Assembly (NCBI RefSeq): GCF_963676685.1
Contig: NC_092345.1
Span: 82,460,001-82,524,000 of the forward strand
DNA from: Mytilus edulis
Taxonomy: Eukaryota
DNA length: 64,000 bases
Direction of reading: 5' to 3'
In this document: piece by piece, positions 39,160-52,585 of the stretch
Numbering within the stretch: the first letter of the stretch is position 1
Layout: each line of letters begins with the position of its first letter
Made by a program: the position numbers and the translations under genes
Notes under the pieces: model-generated
Seen by the model: only the letters and a program-made list of their open reading frames with translations
Told to the model about the DNA's origin: nothing
Database searches by the model: none

Positions 39160-39380
39160 TATGAATTATCCGAAATACTAAGAATTTTCTTATCCCAGGC
39201 ATAGATTACCTAAGCCGAATTTGGAATATCTTTTTTGGAATTGTTGGTCCTTGATGCTCTTCAGTTTTGTACTTGTGTTGACTTTCTAACTATTTTGATC
39301 TGAGCGTCACCGTTGAGTCTTATGCAGACGAAACGTGCGTCTGGCATATCAAATTATAAGCCTGGTACTTTTGATAACTT
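39160..39380 (+). mobile_element. Truncated retrozyme-like repeat of a second subfamily with a mutated hammerhead
   Basis: GCGTCA-CCGTTGA-GTCT..AGAC-GAAA-CGTGCGTC-TGGC at about 39304-39345. The core CTGATGA is mutated. Confidence 0.65.
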
Positions 39381-39789
39381 TTGAATGGAGTTTGCATATC
39401 CAATTGATAAGTCAGGCCTGCATGATTACACCATACGGACTGCATTGACAGTGGTTTTGTTCCCACAGTACTCATACCCCAGAGGTATAATCAGTTATGC
39501 GGAAGATCGACTGAAACCGACAGTGCATAAGTCTTACAAAAACATTCACAAATAGCTTCACAGAAATCCGTATCAAGAATATATAGCCAGGTGGTATTTA
39601 TGTTTGCCTTACATCTTTCCCAAGTTCTTACAACCATTCTTTGTTCAGAAATTGATGAGTCTCCGAAATGTTGTGATGACATATATGCAGAGACGATTTT
39701 TCATCACTGTATTAGATATCTAAACTACATAAGTACTCTAACAAGCAACAGTATATTGCTAGGTCTTCCGAGTGCTCCACGAAACCTCT

Positions 39790-40410
39790 TTCTAAATTAT
39801 TAACATCAATTTTAACAGCTATCAAAACCGGATTCAAAGTTATTATGAAACTGCCAATCATAGAGGTGAAATGAAGACTGTCAGGGTATATACAATCTAA
39901 GACTCTTTCATCTTGCAATAGTAGTAACACATTTGACTTTTCTACACTCAACACGGGTATTCCCCATTCTAAACTAAAAGACAAATGGATAGAGATAATA
40001 TTGCTTTGTTTCATAAAGAAGAATGGACAACGTAGATACAATTATCTTGGAGAGATACATCCTACTTTGTAAAAAGCACTTTGATTCAAACATTTGTTTT
40101 TAAACTGACATTATCAAGATGCTTGATTTCTTGATTGACAAAATTTGTTACGTTTGGATGACCTGAACAACAATCGGCATTTCAATGACAATCAACTGTG
40201 CCCCTATTAAACCGAGCTTTCATTTATTCCTATTAAACCGAGCTTATACAAGAAATTTATAGGAAGAAAGAAAAAGAAGTTAGCAATATCCTTCAATTTT
40301 ACTTTCCGCTATATAGATGATGTTCCCTAACTAAATAATTCAAAATTTTGTGACTATGTTGAACGAATCTATCTAATCGATACAGAGGAAAGAACAGACA
40401 CAGTTAAGTG
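39790..40410 (+). pseudogene. Degenerate Penelope-like reverse transcriptase
   Basis: FDFSTL..IPHSKLK, MLDFLID, IGISM..NCAP and FRYIDDV motifs, with frameshifts. Confidence 0.72.
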
Positions 40411-42845
40411 TGCTCGTGTTTAAGATTGTGTTTAAGATCCATGTCAATTGAGATTGTTTTTGTTTGTTGGAAACGCCTGTGGTTCTGCATCTAGATGGTC
40501 TTTGTGATCCAGGTAAATTGGTATATTTTTGTTTGAAGGAATTGCCGGCTCGTCTAGATCGTCAAGTGGCAATTACTTCCTTAGTGGGCATCATCACCCG
40601 GGAAAAAAGTTACGGGTCCTGTAAAACCCTTAACTAGTTTCCATCAAACGGAGCAATCTTCCCTCTCCCCCCCCCCCTTTAGTGTTGATGTGTTCCGTTT
40701 ACTACTTATTTTTCAGCTCATTTAATTGTGTGTGTTAGTGATGACGTCTCATATTTCAATGAAATAACATTTCCTTTAAAATGGGACTACAGTACATTTA
40801 AACACTTTTGATTTTTTTCGTTGATGGATCTGGACAGACTATTTCATTTTTATTACAAACCCGCTTTTGACGTTATAGATTACATTCAAAAAGACGATAA
40901 AACATTTTCATCAATTTGGGGGAAAAAAATTGGATATGTTTATATTAAATCATTGTCTTACAAATCCATGAAATGGTGGTTATTTTTTAACAAATTCTTA
41001 ACAAATAAAGTGTTTGAATTTATCCTAGATTATAAACGAGAATAGATCAATCGATTTCTTCAATGTCAAGACATTTGTATGGATGGATTTGAAACGTTAA
41101 ATATAAATTTACAAGGACAAGAAGGTTGTATGAATCTAATTCAAAATTAATGAGATAATTTCCCTTTGTTACCTTAATTCGTTTGTGATCTACTTTGAAT
41201 TAAGCTACAATCTGTCGACAAAAGATCGACAAATTAGGACTTAGTTTTGGCATGATGTTTTTGGTGCTTGGGAAACTGAAGCACCAAAGTTTTGCTGCTA
41301 TTTTAAAGTAACATTTTATTAAACAAATAACATAAATGTTTGCTATTTTTATTTAAGTATGATATTGGTTTAAAGATTTTCAGACGTTTGGCCAAGTTTT
41401 CTTCGACGGTTTTGGATTGTTCCTGTGTTATCTTCTTCGTTTTAGAAGATGCGTAGTTTAAGAAAACCACATTAGAAAACCATATTACGAAGGAAATTGC
41501 TAAACCAAGTCAGAAATATGACAGTTATTTTCCATTCGATTGATGTGTGTGAGCTTTTGATTTTGCTTTTTGATGAGGGACTTCCCTTTTTGTTTTTTCC
41601 TAGAGTTAAGACATAGGAAGTCAAAATTTGTCATTGGCATTTATTAGAGTTTTTAAGTCAATATGCAAAAAACTAATCTCTGATTCTGGACGAAAACGAG
41701 GATTCTCTTAAACAAGCTTTGTATATATTTGACTGCCTCGCTGCTGGTGCTGGTTTGCTATTAAATATAGATAATACTGAAGCCATATGGGTTGGCAAAA
41801 GATTAGCCTGTAATGCAACTCTGCTACTAAATAAGAAATTATAATAGAATGCATCAGGAAAGTTTAAATTGTAGTGAATTCGTTTCAATTTCTTGAAAAC
41901 TATACTGACTGTTCTGATATTAATGCCAAATCCACCAGTTTAGGTTATGCAAGAAATGAAAGGAATTTTAATCAAATTATTATGAGCTGGAAAGCCAGAC
42001 AAAATAAAAAGGAAGTATTTATGACAAGGGAGGTTTAAAACTCTTCCATGTAAAAAGTGTTGCTATGTACCTTGAAATGCCATGGCTTTATAAAAAAAGT
42101 AAAATCACAAAAATACTTAACTCCGAGGAAAATTTAAAACGGAAAGTCCATAATCAAATGGCAAAATCAAATGATTATTAGATCCCTTCAATTTTCCCCT
42201 TGCAAGATTTCATCATTAAGTTATATAGAAAACAAGTGAGGGAATAAACTCGTGCACCTAACTTAAGGGGGTTTTGAAGCTATTGCAAAAATGTTAAATT
42301 AGATTTAATAAAATAATGATCTAGTATTTTAACATATGTTTTTAAAGTTAACTTTTATTAATCTATAAAGAGTTACCGTTGTGAAATGCCTAAGTGAAAA
42401 TTTTAATAAGTCAAGTGTTTCAGGTTAATTACATTTTTACAGTTAAAAGGGAAAGTACAAGATTTTTCGAAAAATTCACACCAAATTAAAAGACCTTTTT
42501 TTATTGATTTAACATTATCCAATTGGTATCAATTCATGACACAAAATCACTACGAAAAAAAAACTTTTTTGCTGTTCCTCATCTTCAATTCCAATTCTGA
42601 GAGAGGGCTTCACTATGGTGTAAGTTTGTTCTCTCATTGCAGTTTTAAGACAACTCATAGCACTTGTTTGGATAGAAATCTTTACAAGTCGGCATAAAAG
42701 GGGCACTTTTGCACGATTCAAACCGTTTAGTTAAAATATATGTATATAAGATTTGTTTTGTCCCAATTTAAATAGTATTTATATATGCGATGAGCACGTC
42801 CTTTCTATCTATTATGAAGTTTGAGTTACTATCAGTTCTAGGCGT

Positions 42846-43076
42846 TTATTCCATTCCCTGTGCAACATCAATGATAAACATTAAGTTCCCAGCAATGAAT
42901 GCCACGATATAAAATATAAGTAAAATTGTATCAAAGTTTTTGAGACATCTTGCCAAGTAATTTTCTTCGTATCACCATTGTATGCTATGCAATGATCAAC
43001 TTTCTCCTCGTTTCCAAGATCATGAAATTGATTTTTTTCTCGACAACAAAGCTGGTATGTAACGATTTTTTTCATC
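42846..43076 (-). pseudogene. Type B nAChR-like pseudogene (about 1022-bp deletion removes the start, ECD and M1-M3)
   Basis: Matches 14554-14785, then jumps to the equivalent of 15808. There is an extra 1-bp deletion before M4. Confidence 0.92.
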
Positions 43077-43953
43077 TGCTACGTTGACCTGGTTTTAGGT
43101 ACTTTTGGACTGACCAAGTAAATATTTTGAAATTTAATTCGGAGATTAAATATTAATGACTTGTTCGTGACTAGAACACAATAACCATTGGATTAAATCA
43201 TTAATATTTTCATTGGAGCAAACGATACATAAGTATATTTCTGTTGACCATTTAAAATCATATTTACCTTATAAAATTTAAAGTGGCATAATGCAAGTGA
43301 TTCTCTTGCATTTCTTTTGTTTATTAAAACACTGTTGTTAATCAAATGTAATGTTTAAACGAAAGTTTAAAGTTATAGGATCAATTTAGTCTGTATTTAC
43401 TTGACACAAGTTCAATATCAAAGCTCAATTTATGTAATTTGAGATTCTTCCAAGGTATATATGATGCTTTTTATATAATTCATGAAATTTTGCATACAAT
43501 CCCAAAGGAAACACCAAACCAGTTTAGTAAAATATATTCCTTGCTATGAAAACGTATGTATACATGTTAAAATTGCTATACGAATGCATTTTCTTGCTTA
43601 TCTATTCATATTCATATGTATGATTAGAAAGGATCGTATGCAAAGAGTAAAATCATAACAAGACTGCAAGCAATAGTCTTCAGAGGTCATTCAGATGGTA
43701 TATTTTCTAAATACTGATACTTCCTTCGTATAATTGAAGCGTATGTATTTCTATATCTTATAAAAAAAAAAACACTCACCAAAGTTACCAGCTTTTAATT
43801 TTGTAAGTAAAACTCGCATATCGTCTTCAACAGACTCATCAGTGAGGTTCGGATAAAAAGGTCAATGGTAAACGAAGTACACATTATGAGAGGCACAATT
43901 TTTTTTTTTGTGTCAAACACAGCGATAGTTCATGTAAACACATGAACACTTTA

Positions 43954-44611
43954 GGGTCTTTGCATCGGAACTAAACACATTTATTCAAAAACCAGTTGTT
44001 GGCATGACACGGGTTATGTTCTTCTCATATATGTTATGATGGTATGATACTTAACCCCTAACGGGAAGGATTGTGCCTGATGTTCATATGATGAAATCAT
44101 AATCTTTCAGTCAGTTTAATTGAAGTCTGGAGCTGGCATGTCAGTTAACTGCTAGTAGTCTGTTGTTATTTATGTATTATTGTCGTTTTGTTTATTTTCT
44201 TTGGTTACATCTTCTGACATCAGACTCGGACTTCTCTTGAACTGAATTTTAATGTGCGTATTGTTATGCGTTTACTTTTCTACATTGGCTAGAGGTATAG
44301 GGGGAGGGTTGAGATCTCACAAACATGTTTAATCCCGCCGCATTTTGCGCCTGTCCCAAGTCAGGAGCCTCTGGCCTTTGTTAGTCTTGTATTATTTTAA
44401 TTTTAGTTTCTTGTGTACAATTTGGAAATTAGTATGGCGTTCATTATCACTGAACTAGTATATATTTGTTTAGGGGCCAGCTGAAGGACGCCTCCGGGTG
44501 CGGGAATTTCTCGCTACATTGAAGACCTGTTGGTGACCTTCTGCTGTTGTTTTTTTCTATGGTCGGGTTGTTGTCTCTTTGGCACATTCCCCATTTCCAT
44601 TCTCAATTTTA
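43954..44611 (+). mobile_element. Young retroposon-like insertion (ends CCCCATTTCCATTCTCAATTTTAT)
   Basis: Absent at the unit 1 site (about 16680). Same family as 47427-47695 and 47990-48948. Confidence 0.75.
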
Positions 44612-47426
44612 TTTAATACTACTGAGCTGAAGATAACCTTGGTGAACCTTCATCAGCAGTGGCATCAACCCAGTGATTATAAGCTTCTTATTTTCTTTTC
44701 TTAATAAATATTAAAGATAAGTCAATATGTATTATCATGGATGCTTAAAGAACATAGTTTAACAGACAATCATACGAAAATAATTAAATGCGATTGTACT
44801 CAATATGAGGTGAGGATGGGAAGTTGCCACATAAACTGTACTCAACTCCAGAATAAAGTACAAAACAACCCAAGGAAAATGCAAAACAGAAAGTCCCTAA
44901 TTGCAAAATCAAAAGCTCAAAGACATCAAACGAATGGATAACAACTGTTATATACTTGACTTGGTACAGGCATTTTCTTACGTCGAAAATAGTGGCTTAA
45001 ACATGGTTTTATAGCTAGCTAAACCTCTCATATGTATGACAGTGAACAAAAGAAACAGGGAAGCCGTGAATCTTAATCACTAAAAACAAACAAATATGTC
45101 AACAAAATGACATATAGACAAGGCATATTTGAAAAAACGAAAGACAAGAATACAAATATAGAAAACGATAGAATGTTCCTATAAAATTAAAAGCGGATTA
45201 AGTGATCGTACTCTTGTCGCAAAGACTCATCCTGAGAAAAAATCAATTATGAAGTTGTATATCTAGTATTCTTTATTTCAGTTTTAATTGGATATAAGAT
45301 GATCATTATAGGTTTCCAAACGAGTGTCGATTAATAATTATTACTAGGGATGTCAACTCGTTGAAGATTTACTAATCGATTACTCGTTCATAACACTGCA
45401 GGACGTCAAACAAGCAGCATATAAAAGTTCAGGAAATAAATGGCAGAGAAGATGGGAAATATCTGAGAGAGGCAGGGACCTTTATGAAAAAATACCAACT
45501 ACAAAACACCCAATTATGTATGATTTCCCAACTAAAAGACATTACAGTATATTCGGCCAACTAAGAACTGGCTATACAGAACTAAACTACTACAAGAACT
45601 GAGTAGGCCAAACCAACGCCATAGAGTCATGCAACTGTGGAGCACCTTCTGGAGTATCCCTGCTTTGAGATATCCAAAGAAGTCGGGTCAGAAACCTGAA
45701 TTTAGCTACTATGCTAACGAGACTGCACGGCGAGAACACAGAAGAGACAAAAGCCAAACTACAAACACTGGCACATTACATTGACAGAACAGGCAGATTT
45801 AATACTGCTGTTCCTCAATCCCAATCCTAACCAGGGCATACCACTTTCTAATCACAGAGAAGAAAATACGTCGAGGAAAACGCACCAGAGAGGAAAACTG
45901 CACATTGGGACAATTCGTGCCAACAGGCCTGAAGATTGAGGATTGAGGATCTTTTGATTTACCGAGCGATACTCTATACACGGTGCAACAAAATTCTTTC
46001 ATATAACCCTAACCCTAAATAATCAACTTACTTACTTACTTATAGCATGTGTAAAATATTTATGTAAGTTTACAACATTGTTTTAGCATTGCATTTGATC
46101 ATCGTTAGTATTTTTAATGTTTTGTCATTTGGTCTACATCTTACTGGTCTGAACACTTTGTTTCGACAGGAGCGGATGTGGCAGGTATCAGGTATTGCTT
46201 GATCATACGATGTGTTGAGATTGAGGAGGGAATGTGTTCCTATTAACTTGTCAATACATTAAGGGGTATTTTAAAAACTCAGAAATGAAGCCATTCGACA
46301 CAGTTTGGAGAAACGGCCTATGGTTTAAGATGGCATTGAATCACATTGATGGAAAAATGCATACAGTAATACATAGTATGTACAACAATATAAAATCACG
46401 AGTTATATACAATAATCAAAAATCCGATTTTTTTCGTTGTAACACTGGAGTTAGACAAGGGGAAAATCTTTCTCCTCTATTATTCTCTTTATATATCAAT
46501 GACCTCACTGATTTTTTGCTATCACATAATGTGAAAGGTTTCTCATCAATATCGAACTCCCTTGAAACTAACCTCAATATCTATTTAAAGCTGTTTATTT
46601 TATTATATGCCGATGATACTGTTCTAATGTCAGAAACAAAGGAAGACCTTCAAATGCAATTAAATTGCTTCAGTGAATATTGTGATACTTGGAAACTTAA
46701 AGTAAATACATCTAAGACTAAAGTTTTAATTTTCTCTAAAGGAAGACAGCCTAATAATATTAATTTGATTAATGAAGAAAATGAAATTGAAATAGTGAAA
46801 GAATTTAACTACATTGGACTATTGTAACCAGATCTGGATCCTTCAATAAAGCAAAGAAAAGACTATCAGAAAAAGCAGCAAAAGCTATGTACAACGTTAT
46901 TAAAAGAGGGAAGCAGTGTAATTTATCAATTGAATGCCGATTAGAGTTATTTGACAAACTGGTGAAACCAATTCTTTTATACGGATGTGAAGTATGGGGA
47001 TATGGAAAAAATGACATTATTGAACAAGTTCACCTCAAATTTTTAAAGCATTTACTACACCTCAAGAGATCTACCCCAAGCATGATTGTGTACGGTGAAA
47101 CTGGACGATATCTATCGAAAATAAGCATTAAATATCGAATGATATCATATTGGTGCAGGCTGCTTATAGATGAAAATAAGTTATCATCAATCTTATATAA
47201 ATTTTTATATTTTCGATATCACACAAACAATGATGATATTTTATGGATAAAGAACATTAAAAATATATTGGACAATGCCGGATTTAACTTATTTTATGTG
47301 CAAAATAAAGACCTTACCAAATGGTTACCAAATAGTATCAAACTAAGATTAATTGACCAGTTTAAACAAATTTGGAATTCAGCTATTCAGAACACATCAA
47401 AATGCATTACTTATAGGCTCTTTAAG

Positions 47427-47695
47427 TCTGTCCCAAGTCAGGAGTCTCTGGCCTTTGTTAGTCCTGTATCATTTTAATTTTAGTTTCTTGTGTACAATTT
47501 GAAAATTAGTATGGCGTTCATTACCACTGAACTAGTATATATTTGTTTAGGGGCAAGCTGAAGGACGCCTCCGGGTGCGGGAGTTTCTCGCTACATTGAA
47601 GACCTGTTGGTGACCTTCTGCTGTTGTTTTTTTCTATGGTCGGGTTGTTGTCTCTTTGGCACATTCCCCATTTCCATTCTCAATTTTATTTATTA
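47427..47695 (+). mobile_element. Truncated retroposon-like insertion with 8-bp TSD
   Basis: TSD TCTTTAAG at 47419-47426 and 47696-47703. Empty site in units 1 and 2. Confidence 0.8.
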
Positions 47696-47989
47696 TCTTT
47701 AAGGAAAACTTTGAATTTGAGAATTATTTCAACATCATAAACGATTGAGATATATATACACTTTGTAAATTCCGAACATCAAATCATTCACTGCCTATAG
47801 AAAAGGGGAGATGGCATAACATTGACAGAAGTGATAGAAAATGTCCAATATGTACGAAAAGAGATATCGGAGACAACTATCGCTATATTTTTGTTTGCCC
47901 GGCTTTACAAGATGAAAGAAGAAGATTTATTACACTGTTTAATTCAAAACAATCAAAGACACTAAGAGACCTCTGCAATTTTATACGAT

Positions 47990-48948
47990 AAAATTGAGAA
48001 TGGAAATGGGGAATGTGCCAAAGAGACAACAACCCGACCATATAAAAAAACAACAGCAGGAGGTCACCAACAGGTCTTCAATGTAGCGAGAAATTCCCGC
48101 CCCGGAGGCGTCCTTTAACTGGCCCCTAAACAAATATATACTAGTTCAGTGATAATGAATGCCATACTAATTTCCAAATTGTACACAAGAAACTAAAATT
48201 AAAATAATACAAGACTAACAAAGGCCAGAGGCTCTTGACTTGGGACAGGCGCAAAAATGCGGCGGGGTTAAACATGTTTGTGAGATCTCAACCCTCCCTC
48301 TATACCTCTAGCCAATGTAGAAAAGTAAACGCATAACAATACGTACATTAAAATTCAGTTCAAAAGAAGTCCGTGTCTGATGTCAGAAGATGTAACCAAA
48401 GAAAATAAACAAAAATGACAATAATACATAAATAACAACAGACTACTAGCAGTTAACTGACATGCCAGCTCCAGACTTCAATTAAACTGACTGAAAGATT
48501 ATGATTTCATCATATGAACATCAGGCACAATCCTTCCTGTTAGGGGTTTAGTATCATACCATCATAACATATATGAGAAGAAAATAACCCGTGTCATGCC
48601 AATTTGTTTAGTTCCGATGCAAAGACCCTATAAGTGAATCAATATTAACGCCAACATATGCAATCTTTAATGACCTGACAACAGTATCGTAACTATATCC
48701 CTTCTTAATAAGTCTATTCAAAGGTTTTGTTAGTTTTTGAGGTGAATACTGACACCTTTGTGCTTTATAAAGAATATGTCCATACAAAATTGGATGTGAA
48801 ATACCTGAACGTATAAGAAGTCTGCATGTTGACCTGTATTTACGAATGATGTCCTTATACCGATGATAAAATTTAGTAAATGTTTTGACTAGTTTGTGAT
48901 ATCGAAAACCCTGGCGTAATAATTTTTCAGTAATACATAAATTTCTTA
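47990..48948 (-). mobile_element. Longer copy of the same retroposon-like family, opposite orientation
   Basis: Reverse complement of 43954-44611 plus about 320 bp. Empty site ACGAT|GTATTAA in unit 1. No TSD seen. Confidence 0.75.
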
Positions 48949-50378
48949 GTATTAATACTAAGCTTACTGCTTCTTAACAACCATAATTTATTTATCATAC
49001 TTATACACAGAAAGTATTTCTTTATACAATTTTAGCTTTTACATTTGACTGTATAAGTATATATATATTCTTTTATATGTTATCTGATCCGAAATTTTAT
49101 GCATTTTTATTTTTGTTATTATGTATATTATTTTTTTTTTAACTTCTCTGTAACCTTTGTACTTACATGGTTTTATGAGAATAAACTATCTATCTATTAA
49201 ACATAATATTATATAGGAATAAATAAAAAATTTGTCCCTTGTTTTTTATCACTTTATAATTATTCAAAAGTATGCTTGTCATTAGATTGAAAATAATTTT
49301 AGTACAACAAATGTATAATGTCTAATTATTAGCAAAATTTTGCTAATGAGATAATCATGATAATATACATGTAATAATGACATTGTCCCTAGGCTGTTTT
49401 ATTACACATTTAGTCTGATTAATTGCCATTTGTCTTTAAAGCTGATAATTTTTATTTCTATAATCCTTTTGTGTTTACTTACTTGACAAAATGATTGTGT
49501 GCAGTGATTTAAAATTCTAAATGAACTGTCTTAGAAAGATTTACACATTTTTTTAACCATACATACATGTATTGATGGTATTTACAAACATGTTATCACT
49601 CTATGTAGATAAAGATCTTTCTTAAAAACTAAACAACACCAATATGTGAGTCATTTTTTTTAAAGTTAAAAGACTATTTATCAAACATTTCTGTGTGTCA
49701 AATAAATAATATGTATATCAATAACACAATTTCTTATCATTTACATCATAAAAGTACATGTAATTGAAATGTAATTGAAAAGTTATTTAAGCATTACATG
49801 CATTTTTCATTGTAATTAATTAAATTTCCTACATGTAATTACAAAAATGCTCAATTACACATTACATTCAATTACATGGAAAATTACAATGCATTACACT
49901 TAATTACCTTTACATTTTCAATTACCCAATCCCTGTGTGGGAGGGACTAAAATTAGCTAAAAGTGTAAGCCTTGGAAAAAAATGCTCGTGTTCATATATC
50001 CTACACGTTTTTCTGTTTGGAGAAATTTTAAATGACAGTTAAACGCAAACATTCGAATTGTATTTTTTTTTTTTCATTTTGATTAATCTATAATTTCCAG
50101 GAAAGCGCTCTCAATAAAACTATTTTTTGTTTAAACTTAAGAGAGCAACAACATTATAACAGGAAAACGATTAGTCGAGTATCATTTTGATAATCGATAC
50201 TCGATACTACCGAGCGATACTCGAGTACTCGAGTACTCGTTGACACCCCTAATTATTACTACTTTAATTTCATCAACTAATTTTAAATAGGAAACAACAA
50301 ATTGTTTGTGTATATTTCAGAGGAGAACATTTATGAGAAATTTAAAGATGGATATAACAGTAATTTCTATAATTTTAG

Positions 50379-50471
50379 GTAGAGGATAATAATCCTGGCT
50401 ATAAATTGGATAACTTCTGTATACCTAAACATTATGAAGAGGATCTAAAGAGAGTTTTAGTTCCAGCAGGA
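50379..50471 (+). pseudogene. HPRT1: Orphan HPRT exon-2-like fragment with upstream splice acceptor
   Basis: TTTTAG followed by [31 protein letters not shown], compared with human HPRT [31 protein letters not shown] (recalled sequence). Confidence 0.8.
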
Positions 50472-51322
50472 AAAATAACGAGATTTGATATCAATCGATA
50501 TCCAATTCGCACAAGTTGTTATACCTATATCTCTTATGTTTGTCTTTTTTTAGCCATGGCGTTGTCAGTTTATAATCGATCTACGAGTTTAATTGTCCCT
50601 CTTATATCTTTTGTCCCTCTTTTATGTCAACACTCTCATTCCGCGAATCGTTGCAATAGTCTTTTGAACATTTTAGTATGACGTCATATGTTCTTTTCCG
50701 TTGTCAAAACTAACATTTTCATACTTTTTGTGTGCTTCAAAATGTAATACAAATGACATCATGAATATTGTTCGGTGAAAAGTGTGAGTGTTTTGTATAT
50801 TATAGAATATGTCCGTTGCCATGGACGAAATGTACATCGTCGTAAATTTTAAAAGGCATCAATGGCATAACGAATAGCCAATTGAAATGTTGTAATAACA
50901 TCTTATGATACTTGATAAGCCAATCAGATTAACGCAAATTACAGTATCACTTTTTCGTAACACACTTCGTGCGGTGTGATACGAGAAATATCTATTCACG
51001 CAAGACATAGATAACAGGCCAGATAATGCTCACGTTAATAATTTTATACACAATAATCAATAAAGTATAACAGATATTTTTTTGGGGGTATTACAAAAAA
51101 ACATCACAAACTTTTCCTTCGCGACTATATACGCACGAAGAAGACAAACAACAATAAAAAAAACAGTCCTTGTAGCCCGACTTGGAAAAGACACAACATT
51201 TGATGGGGTTACACAAGCATGATTGTCGTGCGCACATACCTCTTCTGTTAGCTACCTAAATCATATGCTGCCTTATTCGAATAAACAAAATTAGGTGAAA
51301 AGACGAAAACAGCTGTGAATGA

Positions 51323-52585
51323 TTATGAAGTTCCTTGTACAACATCAATGATAAACATCAAATTGGAACCGATAAACATCATCATATAAGATATAACGGA
51401 AATGCAATCAAATGTTTTCGAGACATCTTGCCACGTAATTTCTTTTTCATTTCTATGCGAATCGTCAACCTTCTCTTTCCTAAATAAAGCTTCATCTTTA
51501 TCTTCATGTCTGCCAACCCCAGTACTTTGGCCGTCATGAACTCTGTTTTTAGCTCGACAACAAAGCTGGAATGTAACAATTTTCTTTATCCAATTTGGAA
51601 TTGGCTCATCTTCCGATTTGAAATAAAATCTAGAGCTCACGATGACGGATCCTACAATTAAACCACTCATCATGAAATCAATCATAAGAAATACACAAAT
51701 TGCAGAAATTCTCGGTAAAGCGGTGGCCGGAAGTAGCTCTTGTGCTATAGTTAGATATAATACAACAGCCAATAAAAGAGTTACCGCAAATCCAATCCTT
51801 TCTCCAGAGTCAGTTGGCAGGAGAAAGACACCAATGTTCAAAAGAACAAGAAAAACACACGGAAGTATTAAAGTCATCGTTAAGTACAGTGGACGTCTTT
51901 TGAAGTAGAATGTGAAATTTGTCATTGGTGTTCCTGTGGTATCTACTGTAACAGATGTATTACTTAGTTCCCATTCACTATTTATAGAATAAAAAGATGT
52001 CTGAATTGTTGAATTAAGAGCGTTAAACATAATGTCTTGAGCGGCATGTCCCCATGTTATTATAATCAAAGTACATTTTTGAGTATCAAAAGGAAAGTAC
52101 GTTATATCGAAGCTGCAAGTGAACTTCAAATTTTGTCCCGGAAGCCATGTAACATGTCCATTATAATGCACATACAAGGGTAATTCATCCATTCCAAACA
52201 TTGCCATTTCTTGTGCACTATTTGAGTTTATCAGAGGAGGTTTCCAAATAACATTTTCAGGTAAAACAATATACTCTGCATTACCGTGATCGGCAGGGAT
52301 CCATGCCATATTATTATCTGTCCATTGAATGTTAAAATAACCAGTTATAGAAACTGTTCCATCTACTTCATTAACATCCTGCAAATTTAGTAAATAAAAG
52401 TCTATAGATATTACTGTAGAACTGCTTAAATCTACCTCAGGTCTTAAGTGCTTGTTATGTCCTGAGGTAAGTGTTGTGTACAAAGAATCCATATCCACAA
52501 AAGATGTTGCATCGGTAAGAGAAAGAAAACATACACATAGAATTACAAATTTACAACCAGCTTTTCGATTATTACTGAACTCCAT
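51323..52585 (-). CDS. Single-ORF nAChR-like subunit, type A copy 3 (420 aa)
   Basis: About 92% identical to copy 1 by eye. Cys-loop CSFDITYFPFDTQKC. Confidence 0.95.
   Translation of the reverse strand: MEFSNNRKAGCKFVILCVCFLSLTDATSFVDMDSLYTTLTSGHNKHLRPEVDLSSSTVISIDFYLLNLQDVNEVDGTVSITGYFNIQWTDNNMAWIPADHGNAEYIVLPENVIWKPPLINSNSAQEMAMFGMDELPLYVHYNGHVTWLPGQNLKFTCSFDITYFPFDTQKCTLIIITWGHAAQDIMFNALNSTIQTSFYSINSEWELSNTSVTVDTTGTPMTNFTFYFKRRPLYLTMTLILPCVFLVLLNIGVFLLPTDSGERIGFAVTLLLAVVLYLTIAQELLPATALPRISAICVFLMIDFMMSGLIVGSVIVSSRFYFKSEDEPIPNWIKKIVTFQLCCRAKNRVHDGQSTGVGRHEDKDEALFRKEKVDDSHRNEKEITWQDVSKTFDCISVISYMMMFIGSNLMFIIDVVQGTS

Larger units (their letters stand above)
17271..45197. repeat. Segmental duplication unit 2
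   Basis: Collinear with unit 1, plus a Kolobok insertion, an 8-kb block missing from unit 1 and a retro-insertion at 43954. Confidence 0.9.
46288..49195 (+). mobile_element. RTE-X-like LINE copy 3 with two nested insertions
   Basis: QG and YADD motifs intact. ORFs at 46234-46827 and 46887-47477. Confidence 0.85.
45345..50251. mobile_element. hAT-like element copy 3
   Basis: Same TIRs and ATTATTAC TSD as copy 1. Confidence 0.85.

Noticed and set aside
50406-50681. 91-aa ORF as a chimeric gene
   Set aside because: TTG start; HPRT codons run by chance into repeat-derived sequence; no sign of a full gene.
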